Source: Octopus sinensis (taxonomy: Eukaryota). Taken from it: 64,000 nucleotides of DNA. Made by a program: the position numbers and the translations under genes. Where the stretch lies: assembly GCF_006345805.1 (NCBI RefSeq), contig NC_043008.1, positions 24,056,001-24,120,000 on the forward strand, read 5' to 3'. Of this stretch, positions 27,680 through 41,432 are shown piece by piece; position 1 is the stretch's first letter, and every line of letters starts with the position of its first letter. The notes under the pieces were generated by a model. That model worked only from the letters and a program-made list of their open reading frames with translations, did no database searches and was not told the origin of the DNA.

Positions 27680-28699
27680 ATCTAAGGAACATTTTAGGAA
27701 ACATGGTGCACAAATATTTTTGTTATATTTGTGAAATATTTATTATCGCAATACACTTTACCTTTTCATCCTTTCGATGTCGATAAGGTAAATGTAGTCA
27801 AGCACTGAGAACTTACCTGTATTTTTTTTCTTCCGTTTTAAATCTTGAAACCGTTGAGCAATGTAGCTGTAATATTTTAAACACACCCATACACAAAATC
27901 TTTTTTGAAATAACAATATCTTAGCTCGGTTAATGTGTTTTGTTTCTGTTTTCTCTTAACTAGCAGTTTAAACATGTATGATTGATGATCAAAAGTCGGT
28001 CTTGGTATCGTTGCTGAACGTAACATATAAACCGATGTATACACATCAGTTTATTTAAGAACCACGTGGTTCCGATTCCATTGCACAGTTCCTTGAGCAA
28101 GTGTCACTTCGTATAAACTTTTTTTTCGTATAACCATGAGTTGAATACTATACTGTGAGAGGTATTTTGTAATGCAACATATACGCGTGTGTATTTATCT
28201 TTGTATGTGCTTACCTATACACCAATCTAATTTCATGTTTAGCCGTTGCAGTGCAAAAAGCCTAATTTCGCGACTCAACAAATATAATTCAATAAAATAA
28301 GTGCCAGACTAAACTAATGGACTGATGTGATTGTCTAAACTACGCTCAGTATCTGTGTTTGTGAAATGTACGTTAAGGTGGTCGGTATTTACCCAATATT
28401 TTAGAACAGCGCGCGCACGCGCGCACACACACATTCACACACACACACACACTTATATATGAAAAGAAATGTAAATTTTGTCGATGAGGATGCAATAAAC
28501 AGCGGGAAGTGGTACGTGAATATTTTTAGAGTAGCAAAGGACTTAGTGTAAAAACACAAATATACACATGCCTTTACACACACACATACAGGGACATGTG
28601 CCCGAACACATCGTCTATAGCTTCGCATGCGCACTGATATACATACAAATTTACAACACACGCTTATATACTTACATATATTTTGTGTGTGTGTAAATA

Positions 28700-28779
<80 letters not shown>

Positions 28780-28889
28780 GTATATATACAATTTAAAAAT
28801 AGGATAAAATCTTTATAAGAATTTATCAAGTAGTTAGCGTGAAAACCTCATAAGAGAAAAGTCCATCAATTTTCCTCTTAAATATAATG

Positions 28890-29161
28890 TATTTATATTG
28901 AGGGCCTTACTACACATAAATGCCACACGCTAGGAGGGACTCTTAAAGTCAAAATCTACCAAAATAAATAAGCACATAGTATCGAATATGAGGGAATGCA
29001 ACTCTCGAAGCGAGCCCGAATTCTGTTTTTAAAGGGCTCGCTTCGGGAGTTGCATTCCCTCGTATTCGATACTATGTGCTTATTTATTTTGGTAGATTTT
29101 GACTTTAAGAGTCCCTCCTAGCGTATGGCATTTATGTATAGTAATGCCCTCAATATAAATA
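28890..29161. repeat. 128-bp fold-back hairpin (28890-29017 / 29034-29161), same family as 41322-41731
   Basis: Arms are reverse-complementary with a few mostly C/T differences. ACACATAAATGCC.CACGCTAGGAGGG.CTCTTAAAGTCAAAAT is shared with ~41325-41368. Confidence 0.9.
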
Positions 29162-29308
29162 ATATATATTTATGTATAATCCAGGGAAAATAAGGATGAA
29201 AACATCCAATCTTTCTCTGGTTCCACAGTTTAATACCCAATTTTGCAGAGGAAAAAACACTTTACAAGTTACATGAGTATATATTAAATTATAAAAATGA
29301 ATAGAAAT

Positions 29309-29374
<66 letters not shown>

Positions 29375-29456
29375 GTGTGTGTGTGTGTGCGTGCGTGTAT
29401 ATATGTGTGTGTGGTGTGTGTGTGTGTGTGTGTTGTGTGTGTGTGTGAGTGTGTGT

Positions 29457-30033
29457 GTAAATAAACCAGAAAGGCTTAGTAAATTACGGAGGGAAAGCTG
29501 CTATGGAAGGTTCTTAGTAAAATAACTAAGATAATATATATTCTCCGATTTGAAGCGGCAATTTTTAAATACAAACAAATGACCGAAGATAATGAGCTAA
29601 CCCCAGCAAGAATCAAATCCACAAATCAGCGCTAATATGGTTCCTTGCGCATCCGAATGCGCCAAACACTCACCCATCAATTTCAACCAGATTTAATGAA
29701 TATACTTATACTGACTAATAGTACATATAATATTCGTAAACAAACTAGAAAGGCTTTGTAAGTTACGGAGAGAAAGCAACTGTGGAAGACAGTTTAAGTA
29801 TATATTGATTAAATTTGGCCCACTCGGATGCGCAAGGAGTCGTGTAAGCGTTGATTTGTGGGTCCGATTCTGGCTAAGGTTAGCTCATCATTTTCGGTCA
29901 TTTGTATTTAAAAATTGTCGCTTCAAATCGGGGAATATATATTATTACGATATATATACAGTTATTATTAAACTATGAGTTGTCCATAGTAGCTTTCTCT
30001 CTGTAACTTATAAAGCCTTTCTGGTTTGTTTAC
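29457..30033. repeat. Diverged ~210-bp inverted repeat (29457-29666 / 29814-30033) with a partial direct copy at 29735-29790
   Basis: For example TCCTTGCGCATCCGA at ~29642 versus TCGGATGCGCAAGGA at ~29824. Confidence 0.85.
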
Positions 30034-30299
30034 AAATATTATATCACATGGGAAAATGCGTGCAAGAGAAATAATATTCTTAAGATTATAAACTTGGAAA
30101 AGTACAGCACAAGTTATTACACTTGGAAAAGTTCAAGACAAGTTATTACAGAATAAGTACAGAACAGAGACAATTTTTCCTTAAAATAGGCTTTTGTGTA
30201 AATTTGTTGGTACATAGCTTAATGCATGATAGGCACAGATGAAAAATTATAGTCAGGGTACAAGAGCTGTAAGTTTTACATTACTTCACCACAATTTTT

Positions 30300-31290
30300 C
30301 TCTTTTTCCTGAACTTTTGATTGTACATTCACATCGGCTACGGAGCTGACCTCTACAACAGTGTATGACTTTTATTTCCTGTCTTGCTGGTTTTATTGGA
30401 GTGTTCCATCAATATTCCTTGTTTTTAAAGGTGTGAATACATGCTAGTTCTGGCATGCCTTTGATGTATACGTCAGGATGTCCTTCCTGTGGATAGCATT
30501 GTAAATATTATTTACAAATATATCATGCCTCCTGGGCAGGTACTATCTGGTAGACATTTTGGGGTAACTGCTGATGATCTAGTTGATATCTTTCACATTG
30601 GTATAGCAGAGCCGACGTTTAATCGTATCTTTGTTCCTCTTGTTTATCAGATATTTAGTAGCTATCTCTTGTTCTTGAATAGCGAAGGCATATCCTTAGG
30701 TGGGATGTAATATAGCTATCAGAGTTCAAGAAGAGGCTACTCTTCCTATCAATGCTGTTAATATCTTCACCCATGCATTACTTTTTGCTCGTGTTATACC
30801 TTCTTCTCATCCAAGATTCTGTATGGGTAGGCCAATCCAGTTGCCTCTGTTTTCTCAGATTACCTGCACAGTAGTTCTTCTCCAACTCCGAAGCTGTTAT
30901 TGCTCTCACTTTTGAGCATGCAATGGAACGTTGTCATTTCTTTCTTTACTGTTCAGCAGGTGTTGTCTGAGTGATACAATGCAATATTCAAGGGTTGTCT
31001 GGACTGACCTTATACCTCTACTAACATCACTTTGTCTCACATAGATCCTGTCGGTGTCGCTGTTACTGTGGAAGTTACCAGTGGTGGTCAGTACCTTTCT
31101 AGTTTTGATGTCTAGAATATAGATCTTGTCAAGTATCCAGTCCAATATCTCAAATGTTGGTACTAGCACTAGCACCGCAAAAGCATTGTGAGATACGATC
31201 TTGTTAAATGCAGACAGTTCTCAGTTCCATTTTTGCCGGAGTCTACGGAAGTACTATTTTGTATTTCTGGCTTTAGTCACAGCAGCAATG
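30300..31290 (-). mobile_element. R4/Dong-type non-LTR retrotransposon fragment
   Basis: LDIKTRKVLTTTGNFHSNSDTDRIYV...RGIRSV; GYAFAIQEQEIATK; degenerate CCHC followed by YLPRRHD. Confidence 0.75.
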
Positions 31291-31292
31291 TA

Positions 31293-32858
31293 CAGTCATG
31301 CGCACAGTTATTGGTAACCGTTGTAAAAAACGAGTTTTTATTGAATTTCGTCCTAAAAGTAGAATCTCATAATTAATTTTTGGTCAATGTAGGCACAATT
31401 GTTTAAGGAACACTAAACAAAAGGTAAATTTCCAAAATAATTAATTTTTTACAAGAAAAACATGAAACCAATAATTGAACAGCTCAAAATTATTGGCACC
31501 TCTACAACATTCGATGATTAACAATCAGATAGTATATCGTTTATGCTTAGTAATTTCCTTCGATCTGCCAGGGTAGTTTTAGATTGCTTCACCTTCAGAT
31601 CAGAAGTAATTTTAGTTCATTCTCCAATCGCAAATTCATTCAGCTGCTTCAAGTTAGATGGTGTTCTTGCGTTCACTCTTTTCTATAGCTCCCACCATAA
31701 ATTTTCTATCGCGTTTATGTCAGGACTTTGTTTTCTTTCACCCAATTTTGGATTAAAAAGATGTATGCTTGGGACCATTGTCCTACATGAAGATTCGACG
31801 ACGTCCTGATCCCAACTGCTTTGCCGATGACTCCAGATTTTCATTCAAAATATCAAGGTCATTCTCTTTCATTTTTTATCGTTCTTTCAATTAGAATTAA
31901 TTTTCCAATGTCTTTATAGCAGAAAAATAGCTCCACAACATTATAATGCCTCCGTCATGTTTGATGGTGGGGATAGTATTCTTCAGATTGTAGGTTTCTC
32001 CTCTTTTCACCAAATGGTAGTTGTGACAAAACAACTCGAGTTTGGTTTCGTTAGACCACAGAACAGAGTGCCAATATCGTTCAGACCTCTTCAGAATATC
32101 CCTCACAAATTTCAAACGGCGTCTTTCGGAAACAGTATGCCTTCAAGCCACCTCTGTAGAGAGTTCGGATAATTATTGGCCTTGAAGCATTAACTCTGAT
32201 AGCTGTCAAATTGGCTTTCATTGTTCACCATTTTAGTTAACATCCGCTCATCTCGTTTAAAAAGGGCTTATTTCTGACGCGTCTACTCTTATTCTCCAAC
32301 AAACCGGTCTCTCGATGCTACACGATTATGTGACAAACAGTTGATCTATCCACATTGGAATTTTTTGTTATTATTTTATACCATCTCTAGAATCGTGAGC
32401 ATCAGCAAGCTTCTTCCTTAAGTCAGAACTGTGCTCCTCTACCTTCATCAAGGTGCCGTAGATAGAATTTTTTTCACTAAAAGAAGGTAGCAAAAACATT
32501 GTGCAAGCGATGTTACATAGCTTTGTCACGTGTTATTCCAGAACTTAGAACTTTCTTAGAATGACGTAACCTCTATCGATTGAGATGTATTCTCATATTG
32601 TAGCCCAAATCAGTGTTTTGTTTTTCAACGCAATAATCAAATAGTTATGTAAGTGCCAATAATTTTGAACCATGCTTGAAATACTTATCAGCTGAGATTA
32701 CTATATTAAACATCGCTATATGTCCCTTTTGGCAAAATGTATGCTTTAGTTGTTCACTTTATTGTGACATAGAGCATTTTTGTAGACATCTAATTTAAAC
32801 GAGAAATGCGATAAAATTTCATTTTTCACAAGGAATGCAAATAATTGTGCTCTAAATA
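31293..32858 (-). mobile_element. Tc1-like (IR/DR type) transposon, degenerate transposase ~31530-32450
   Basis: TA|CAG left end with degenerate TIRs and inner DRs (CAAAATTATTGGCAC at ~31485, reverse complement at ~32653). Motifs VLWSNETKLELF, TIKHDGGIIMLW, DNGPKHT, SPDINAIENLW. Confidence 0.85.
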
Positions 32859-33489
32859 TAGCTAGAGTGATAAATCAATACTTCAGTAGACTTTGCTCAC
32901 ACAAATCTGGCACGTTTAAAGAAATTCACAACTTCGACTTGAATACTAAAAAAAAGTATTTACTATTGGCAACTTCCACATCAATAGTTACACGGACAGG
33001 ATTTATAAAATAGGGAAGGGATTGCGCAAAAGAAGAAACACATGCATACATCTACATGTGTATGTGTATGCTTCTGTTTGTGTCACAATATGTCACAATA
33101 AACCTATAAAGTTTCGTTAGAATTTAATTATATACCTCTATATTTTTTAGTTTAAACTCATTTAATTTCAGTGTTTGAATTTGTTAACTTACATGACTAA
33201 ACATCTTAATTCTTGCATTTCACGTTTTCGATCCCAGGTATAACAATCAACAACATTTGGACTTTGCAAATAGCTTTAACATGTTTAGAAAGGTAAATAC
33301 TCGCGAGTATTCCTCCAGAACAGGATTTCACACATACTTAAATATATGTTTATAATTTTTATGCATACAAATTTTTTTATCTATTTCTTTTTACTTTTAA
33401 TTATTATGTGTAAAGATATATAGCTTATATAATTAGTATATTAAGCTAACCAATTTTAGATTGTTTTTATTCTTTTAGTCTTTTTTCTT

Positions 33490-33696
33490 GTGACAGGCAT
33501 TGGACTACGGTCGTTTTGGGGCACTGCCTTGAAAGGTTTAGCCTATCAATTTCCCCCTACCGACCCAACAGGGCTTGTGTTTACGTCTAGTAATATTTTA
33601 TTAGTTCTTCTGCCAGACTGCTAAGTTGCAGAGGCGTGAATAAGCCAACTTAGTTTGTCAAGCGGTGAGAGACAAATACTAACATAAAGACTCGCG

Positions 33697-33751
<55 letters not shown>

Positions 33752-33900
33752 GAGGGACTTCCGTACTGACCCTGTCCACCAAATTCAGTCATAATGCATT
33801 GTCCTGCCCGAAGTTTTAGCAGAAAATGTCGAGCAGTTGGGCTTAGTAGTTACGTGGGACATGGTTACTAATCGAACTTGTCAAGCATTTAGCTATGCCA
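33490..33900 (-). mobile_element. Highly diverged CORE-like SINE
   Basis: GGGGCACTGCC tail, internal (CA)n, CCAAATTCA.TCA.AA.GC pattern as in 43835-44242. Confidence 0.5.
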
Positions 33901-34079
33901 GCACCTAAGTGAAACATTATTGTTCATTTAGGCACAGTTCAATAATTCATTGCTCAATATAAAATATCCATTTACTATCCATAAACATTCTCGTTTAATT
34001 AATTAATTTTTATTTATGTTCATTTTTATGTATTAGATCGTTTTTATTAGATGAAATATTTCTTTCGATATCTAAAAAC

Positions 34080-35450
34080 ATAACTGTCTCTTTTTATCCG
34101 CATAATGTCAACAGTTGTATAAAAATATAATTATCTCTCTAAAATCACCATTCCTCACTTCAGTGTCTACAACTACTCTTGCCAATTTCTTTGCTATCCG
34201 CGATAAGACATCATTACCATAGACATCCTTAACCTACAATTATTTCCAAATCTGTCTCTATATCCATCTGATCGCTACCTAATCAAAGGAATATACTCCA
34301 TATTTTCATACCGATCCATTCCATCAAACGCTCTAGTACTTCAAGTTAATTGAGTGATCAGTTATATATTGACTACTTTTGCAGTACTTCTTGTTCTTCC
34401 TGACCCATATGAGTCACCTAAGTGATTGAAACCATCGTCTGAAGTATACTTCCCGAAATTCCTTACACAATCATCAATACGGGCAAATATAATTCCATGC
34501 AGAATTTGAACGAATTAAAACTATCATTACCAACTTGTGACTTATCAACGATTGCAACTTTTATTTACTATGGCAAGGATATCATCAAAAAATAACTATA
34601 AGTGTCTTAATAGATCACACTCTGCATGCTCTCCTCACTTCATAATTACAATTGATTCTTCTGGTTACATTGCCAACGGAGATAGCTAAGTTTTTAGAAG
34701 TTTTCTATTTACCACTCTTTAATTGTCATGACTCGCTTAGCCGCATCGTCGCTGAAAACCACTCCACTATTGCTACATAGTTCGTTTCAAACTCAAGCCT
34801 CTAGGAGAATTGTCTTGTATAACTATCGCCTGTCGTTCTTGGCCCTTTTCAATGTTCAGTCAAAGTGTTGTAACACTTAACATCGTAAAAATCTTCGTCT
34901 TATCTCACGAGAAGCTTCTAGATAGATCTGCTTTTGTTTTCTTAGACCTAGAAGACTACATTATTGCAGGTGAGTGTAACTGGAGATATCTTTGACCCAA
35001 CTCTGATGTTCAGTAATAGTTCCTTCTATATTGGTAACCTACTTGTAACTGTAAATAACACACGTACTTTTGAAAATGAGATCAATCTTTACACCTCCTT
35101 AATCTTATGCATATTGATGTCATACACATCTCACACTAAACCACTTCTCCCTCCAGAGGAGAAGACCTTAAGTGTATATACTTCACTAGTTAGATAACAA
35201 CCAAGTCCCTTCAGTTGCGCAAACACGCAAACACTGACATCATGTAGAAAACTAACATCAAGAAGAAAACTCATGTATGCATTTCATCAAATCTAGTCAT
35301 TATCAACACAACGCTAAAGCTCGGACTACCACTCTGTGGAAATCTTGCAAACCGACGAAACAAATATATTACCAAAACTGCTTTCTTCTTTACCTCATTT
35401 GAGCTCTGATCAATCACGGAATCTCTCTAAAGCCCAAATAAGGCCTAATA
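34080..35450 (-). mobile_element. Very degenerate RTE-like LINE reverse transcriptase remnant
   Basis: Minus strand GQERQAIVIQDNSP (GVRQGDxxSP-like) and FSDD (YADD-like). Many stops. Confidence 0.35.
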
Positions 35451-35700
35451 AAACTTATGTATCTCACTTATTCATAATTGCGGGGCCTTTGTTTTCTGCT
35501 TTTCTTGTTGCTAATATCATGATTTCTGACATTTAAACTAACTAGTTGCATAACATTTCCATTCAATCCCAGCTGATATATACAGTTGCACACATTATGT
35601 ACATACGTATATATGCACAAAAGTACAGAGCGCAATTCGGAATTAATATCGCGAGGAATTCGATTTTCACAATTAGCCACTTTATAACTATATTAGGTAC

Positions 35701-35732
<32 letters not shown>

Positions 35733-35748
35733 TCAAAATTAAAATGTA

Positions 35749-36737
35749 AATGAGGGTGAAAAATTAACATCAATTTAACACCAGTGGTCTAGCATATTAA
35801 AAAACTGAGGTTCAGTAAATAGTATTACATACATGTAAGGGGGATTACTACTATGTGGACACCCTAATGCTAGAAGTAGATCCGCTATGGTCTTACCACT
35901 AAGAATTGATCTCTAGAAAATTTATAAAACACCAGAAACGTAAGCGAGCAAACAAAAATATAGATTAATCATAACCAATGTTTCACTATTAACAAATTAC
36001 GTAATTTTACTTAAGCAATGTATCTGTAGGTCTTCAGTATGATCGTCCATACAAATATAATTTGAAGAACTACACACCAGACATCCACACGAGGTCGAAT
36101 ATGTATGTAGTTCTACCTATTACACTTGTAGTTATTTTTCAAAGGTCCTCGCTTTGGGGCGTGCTAAATTACCAGAAATAATACTGCATAAAATAATTTG
36201 CTGCAGTAGCTTTTGCCGGTTTGAGGCGTATTAATTTAAAATTAAAACTAAAATGAGGGTGAAAAAGTCGGATATTAATTTGATAACATCAATTTAACAC
36301 CAGTGGTCTAGCATATTAAAAAAATGAGGTTCAGTAAATAGTATTACATACATATAAGTGGGATGATTAATCTATATTTTATGATTCATGATTAATCTAT
36401 ATTTATGATTAATCTATATTTTTGTTACTTTTCATTTGTCTTGCTCGCTTACGTTTCTGGTGTTTGCTAAATTTTCTAGAGGACAATTCTTAGTGGTAAG
36501 ACCATAGCGGATCTACTTCTAGCATTAGGGTGTCCACATTGTGATAATCCCTCTTATATGTATGTAACACTATTTACTGAACCTCAGTTTTTTAATATGC
36601 TAGACCACTGGTGTTAAATTGATATTATCAAATAAATATCTGATTTTTTCACCCTCATTTTAGTTTTAATTTTAAATTAATACGTTCTCAAATCGGCAAA
36701 ACCTACTGCAGTAAATTATTTTATGCTGTATTATTTC
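35749..36737. repeat. Complex direct + inverted repeat unit abutting the Neptune PLE
   Basis: 35749-35970 and 36175-36365 are direct copies, and 36410-36737 is their reverse complement. A weak hammerhead-like motif lies on the minus strand at 35967-36044 (CTGAAGA...GAAACATTGG). Confidence 0.85.
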
Positions 36738-37330
36738 CATAAAGCGGAGGTAGTGGCTGAAGTTGTCTATATCAGATTTTAGTTCTATGAGGTTTGGAGT
36801 GGGTGTAGGTGTAAATTTGAGGCCTTTTAGTAGTAGGTTCATTTCATTTTCGTCAAGTTCTCTTTTAGATAAGTTTATTATTTTGGGGTCTATGTGTTTT
36901 GTGAGTGCATCCGGAATTTTTGGTGTATTGGGTCTGGAGTATGGTTGAAGTATCCTCTCCCTAAAAAATGGGTTGTGTTGTTACGTCTCCAAATTCCATT
37001 TTCAGTTCTTAGGTTTTCTTGTAGTTGGTGTGGTCTGTGTGGTCTGTATGTGTTGTTTTGTCTTTGGTAGTTGTTTTCTTCCCATCTTCTGTGTTTGTTG
37101 AGCCAATATCTATTACTGGGGTTTAGGTTTCTTTGTGGGTAGGTGGATGGTTCATGTATTGTGTTTGTATTGTATTGATAGTGGGAGTTATTTTTATCCA
37201 TCTTGTAAATTTGTGAGGTTGCATGTGGTTGGTGTTTGTGTGGTTTCGATTTCCTCGATGTTTGTTGTAGGTTATGTGTTGATTTCTATCCATTTGTATA
37301 TTGTTCCATGTGTGTGTCCTTTTAGGATGT
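36735..37330 (-). pseudogene. Inverted 5' segment of the Neptune-type PLE ORF
   Basis: Minus strand PKIINLSKRELDENEMNLLLKGLKFTPTPTPNLIELKSDIDNFSHYLRFME, the conserved PLE pre-RT motif. Base skew flips at ~37335. Confidence 0.85.
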
Positions 37331-37336
37331 CCAGTG

Positions 37337-39242
37337 TTAGCCCTACAAAAACTGAAAAATGACAAATCAATCATTATAAAAGAAGTTGACAAAGGTGGAG
37401 CAATAGTAATTATGGACACAGATTACTACAAAGAAAAGATACTGGAGTTACTGAACAACCAGACATACTATAAAGAGGAACCAACACCACCGGAGAAAAC
37501 AACAATAAAAAAAATTAGAACTTTGGTCAATGAATATCAGGACTCCTTTACAGATAAGGAGAAAGACTATCTATGCAACTCACGAACCAAAGAAAGCAAC
37601 TTCTTTGGATTACCTAAAATTCATAAAAGCTCTGAAATACAGAGAGCCATAAAGGAACCACTATATAAGAGTACAAAGGCCTGCAGACCTCACAATGAGA
37701 CCAATAGTGGCAGGACCCCAGGCACCAACACAACAACTAAGCCACTTCATAGATATACTCCTCAAACCTTTATGCCCACAGATACCAAGCTACATAAGGG
37801 ATGACATAGACTTCCTCACACACATTCCAAATACAGTCCCGAAAAACACCATACTTGCAAGCTTTGATGTCACAAATCTATACACAAACATACCACACAC
37901 CCTAGGTCTAGAAGCTATAAAACAATCAATAGAAAAATACAGAGAACTTATAGACGAACGCTTCAAGACAAACTTTATCACCCAAGCCACCCAACTAATA
38001 CTCGAAGAAAACACATTCTCATTCAACAACAAGACATACCGACAGATAAAAGGCACAGCTATGGGTACAAAATTCGCACCTTCATATACCAACCTGGTGA
38101 TGGGTTTCCTGGAGAACAAACTATATGATGAAATAGGGAAAGTCTTCGAACACGACTTCAGAGAAGACATCAAGAAAAAGTGGAAACGCTACCTCGATGA
38201 CTGCTTCATCTTTTGGAACAGATCAGAAGAGGACCTACAAACATTCCACAACATCCTCAATACGCTGCACCCATCAATCAACTTCACAATAGATATCAGC
38301 CACAACGAACGTCCCTTCCTAGACATCAACATCAAAATACACAACTCCATCGTCACAACAGACATCCACTACAAAAAAACTGACACACATCAATACTTAA
38401 ATTTCCACTCCTGCCACCCATCCCACACAAAAAGAAACATCCCATATAGTATGGCACGACGAATATGTAGCATAGTAACTGATTCACAAATACGACTTAT
38501 AAGACTAGATGAACTCAAAAACTTCCTCCTAGAGCAAAAATACCCCCTTAAACTAATAGAAAATGGAATCACAAGAGCATTAAAACTAGACATCGCACAA
38601 CTCAGGACACCCAAAACAAAAAACAAAGAAAACACTATCCCTTTTATAAACACACACAACCCTGGAGTTACCAACATCTTCCAAACCATACATTCAAACC
38701 TACCAATAGCCTTACAAAGCCCCAAAATGAAAAACATATTAAACAAATATAGCATAAAAAACAGTAGACGACAGGACAAAAACCTAAAGAAACACCTAAC
38801 AAGAGGGAAATTCTCTTCAGAAACTAAAACGGAATTCTTTGCAAAAGAGTGCGGAGATGGTAGATGTGGGATCTGCAGCAACCCCACCTACAAATACATA
38901 GAGGGTAACAGAGAGATGAGATTTTAAAATGGTGACATATTCAAAGTAAATGCAGATATGAACTGCAAGACGCAGAACGTCATATACTGCATAACCTGCC
39001 CCACGTGCAAGGAGAATTACGTAGGTGAAACTGGTAATTCTTTGTGCCAGCGAGCCAGGATTCACCGACATATTCGGCAGGAAGAACTACGCAAAATACC
39101 ACTAAGTACACATCTAGCTACATGTGGAGAAGGAAAATTTAAGATCTTTCCCTTCTACAAGTGTCCGAAGAACGACACCTCTTTCAGGAGGAATATGGAA
39201 AAATATTTCATAGCTAAGTTCTCCCCCAAATTAAATGGCTGA
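37337..39242 (+). pseudogene. Penelope-like (Neptune-type) reverse transcriptase + Cys linker + GIY-YIG endonuclease, two frameshifts (~37660, ~38920)
   Basis: IIIKEVDKGGAIVIMD; FFGLPKIHK; RPIVAG; SFDVTNLYTNIP; GTAMGTKFAPSY; RYLDD; YLNFHSCHPSHTKRNIPYS; CGDGRCGIC linker; NVIYCITCPTC...YVGET. Confidence 0.95.
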
Positions 39243-39256
39243 AACTTTACTCAACA

Positions 39257-39313
39257 TACATTGAAGGACAAATCTTTCGATTTACAATATAATATGGTAG
39301 AACATTTAATATA

Positions 39314-39407
<94 letters not shown>

Positions 39408-39594
39408 TGTGTGTATATATATATGTTACTTGTTATATACATTATATTGTTTTTGTAATTTACTTGATCTTTACTTGCCAATTGTCATTCTAATTTTAAC
39501 CTTCCTATGATATGCAATTTTCAAGATGGTGTAATTTGATTGTTCATTTTGATTCGATAGAAGGTGGGTTTTTTCTAATATTTCATGTGTAAGC

Positions 39595-39635
<41 letters not shown>

Positions 39636-39925
39636 CATTGAAGGACGCATCTTTCGATTTACAATCTAATATAGTAGAACATTTAGTATATGTCTGTATG
39701 TGTATATATGTATATGTGTGTGTATGTGTATATATATATATTGCCTGTTATATACATTATATTATTATTTTTATAATTTACTTCCATCTTTACTTTTTAA
39801 TTGTCACTTTTATTTTAACTTTCCTATGATATACTATTTTCAAGATGGTGTAATTTGGTTGTTCATTTTGAACCGATAAAAGGTTTTCTTTCAAATATTT
39901 CATGTATAAGTCTGTGTATATATAT
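39257..39925 (+). repeat. Two diverged tandem copies of a ~300-380-bp unit in the PLE 3' region
   Basis: ACATTGAAGGAC..ATCTTTCGATTTACAAT at ~39258 and ~39635; CAAGATGGTGTAATTTG in both. Confidence 0.8.
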
Positions 39926-40824
39926 GTAGTGGTATAAATATCAACACACAAAATTTTTTTTCTTCTCCTTTTCCTCCCTTATTTTTATTTTTATTTTTAT
40001 TTTCCCTTTTCTCTTTTTGTCTCTCTCCCCTTCTCCAAACACACAGAGACACACACACACACACACACACGCACACACACACACACACACACAAACACAC
40101 ACGGACACACAGACACACACACACACACCTCCACAAAACAATCATACAAAGTAGAAGAGTTCTTAGACCCCAAATGGCATTTGACCATCCTCAAAATCAT
40201 AAAAGGTGTAATTTATGGCCTGCCTACCCACCAACACACACTCAGTGACACTAGAATAGACAAAAGCTAAAATTCTTAGAACTCCCTTGGGGGTCCAGCA
40301 GGCCAAAGGAAATCCTTCTTCTTCTTCCCTCTCCCTTCCCCTCTTTCTCTTTAGCCTCAGATACAAACGCACTCACACACACACACACACACACACTCAT
40401 ACACATACACACATGTTCTCTCTTTCATTTCCTCCTCATCCACTTCACCCTCTTGTGCTGTCTTGTTCCTCCCCACCACTATGAAACTCTATAAAATGAT
40501 TAAAATTCCACACAAAGGAATTATTTTGATTTGAAAACCCCACTAGAATGAGAGAAAGCGCTAATGATCTGAATGATATGATCTGAATGATATGATATAT
40601 ATATGTAAAAATTGTAATATATAAATAAATATCTGTAAATATGAACCATCCGATCTTCTGATTACCTCATTTCTTCTAATATATATATACATATATGCAT
40701 ACATATACATACATACATATATATATAATGGATGTATCCTACCCATCACTGCAGTAGCTATAAATTAATTAGCTTTGTTAGAAAAAGTCGTAAACGTCTG
40801 TCAGTGTTAATGCAAATTCACAGT

Positions 40825-40877
40825 AAGGGACGACTGGAGTGTCGTTTCAAGTGTTAGTATACTCTCATCACCACTTT
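40825..40877 (-). ncRNA. Degenerate hammerhead motif (C3 to G)
   Basis: AAGTG-GTGATGA-GAGT[ATACTAAC]ACTT-GAAA-CGAC[ACTCCA]GTCG-TC-CCTT; GUC site. Confidence 0.55.
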
Positions 40878-41121
40878 AACCACCACAGCGAAATTGTATT
40901 TAAAGACATTTATTACACCTATATCTAAATTAGGTGTATTGATTTGTATATTTTTGACATATTTTGACATATTTTCGACCGTTAGTTCTGTGAGGTAAAT
41001 TACTGGTGTAGCAGCAGAGATTATTTTCCACCCAGAAATTAACTCTGGGGTATATCCAGTAATTTACTTTATATATAATTAAATTTGCATAAGTTATTTA
41101 CTATATATGTGAATGTGTGTT

Positions 41122-41153
<32 letters not shown>

Positions 41154-41189
41154 TGTATGTATGTATGTATGTATGTATGTATGTATGTA

Positions 41190-41297
<108 letters not shown>

Positions 41298-41432
41298 TTA
41301 TATATATAACACATAATATATATAACACATAAATGCCGCACGCTAGGAGGGGCTCTTAAAGTCAAAATTATCAAAATAAACATATCGTACCGAATGCAAG
41401 TCTTTAAGCAAGTCATTTAAAAACAGAATATA

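Noticed and set aside
37790-38887. Minus-strand ORFs of 127 and 165 aa
   Set aside because: Antisense shadows of the PLE RT frame.
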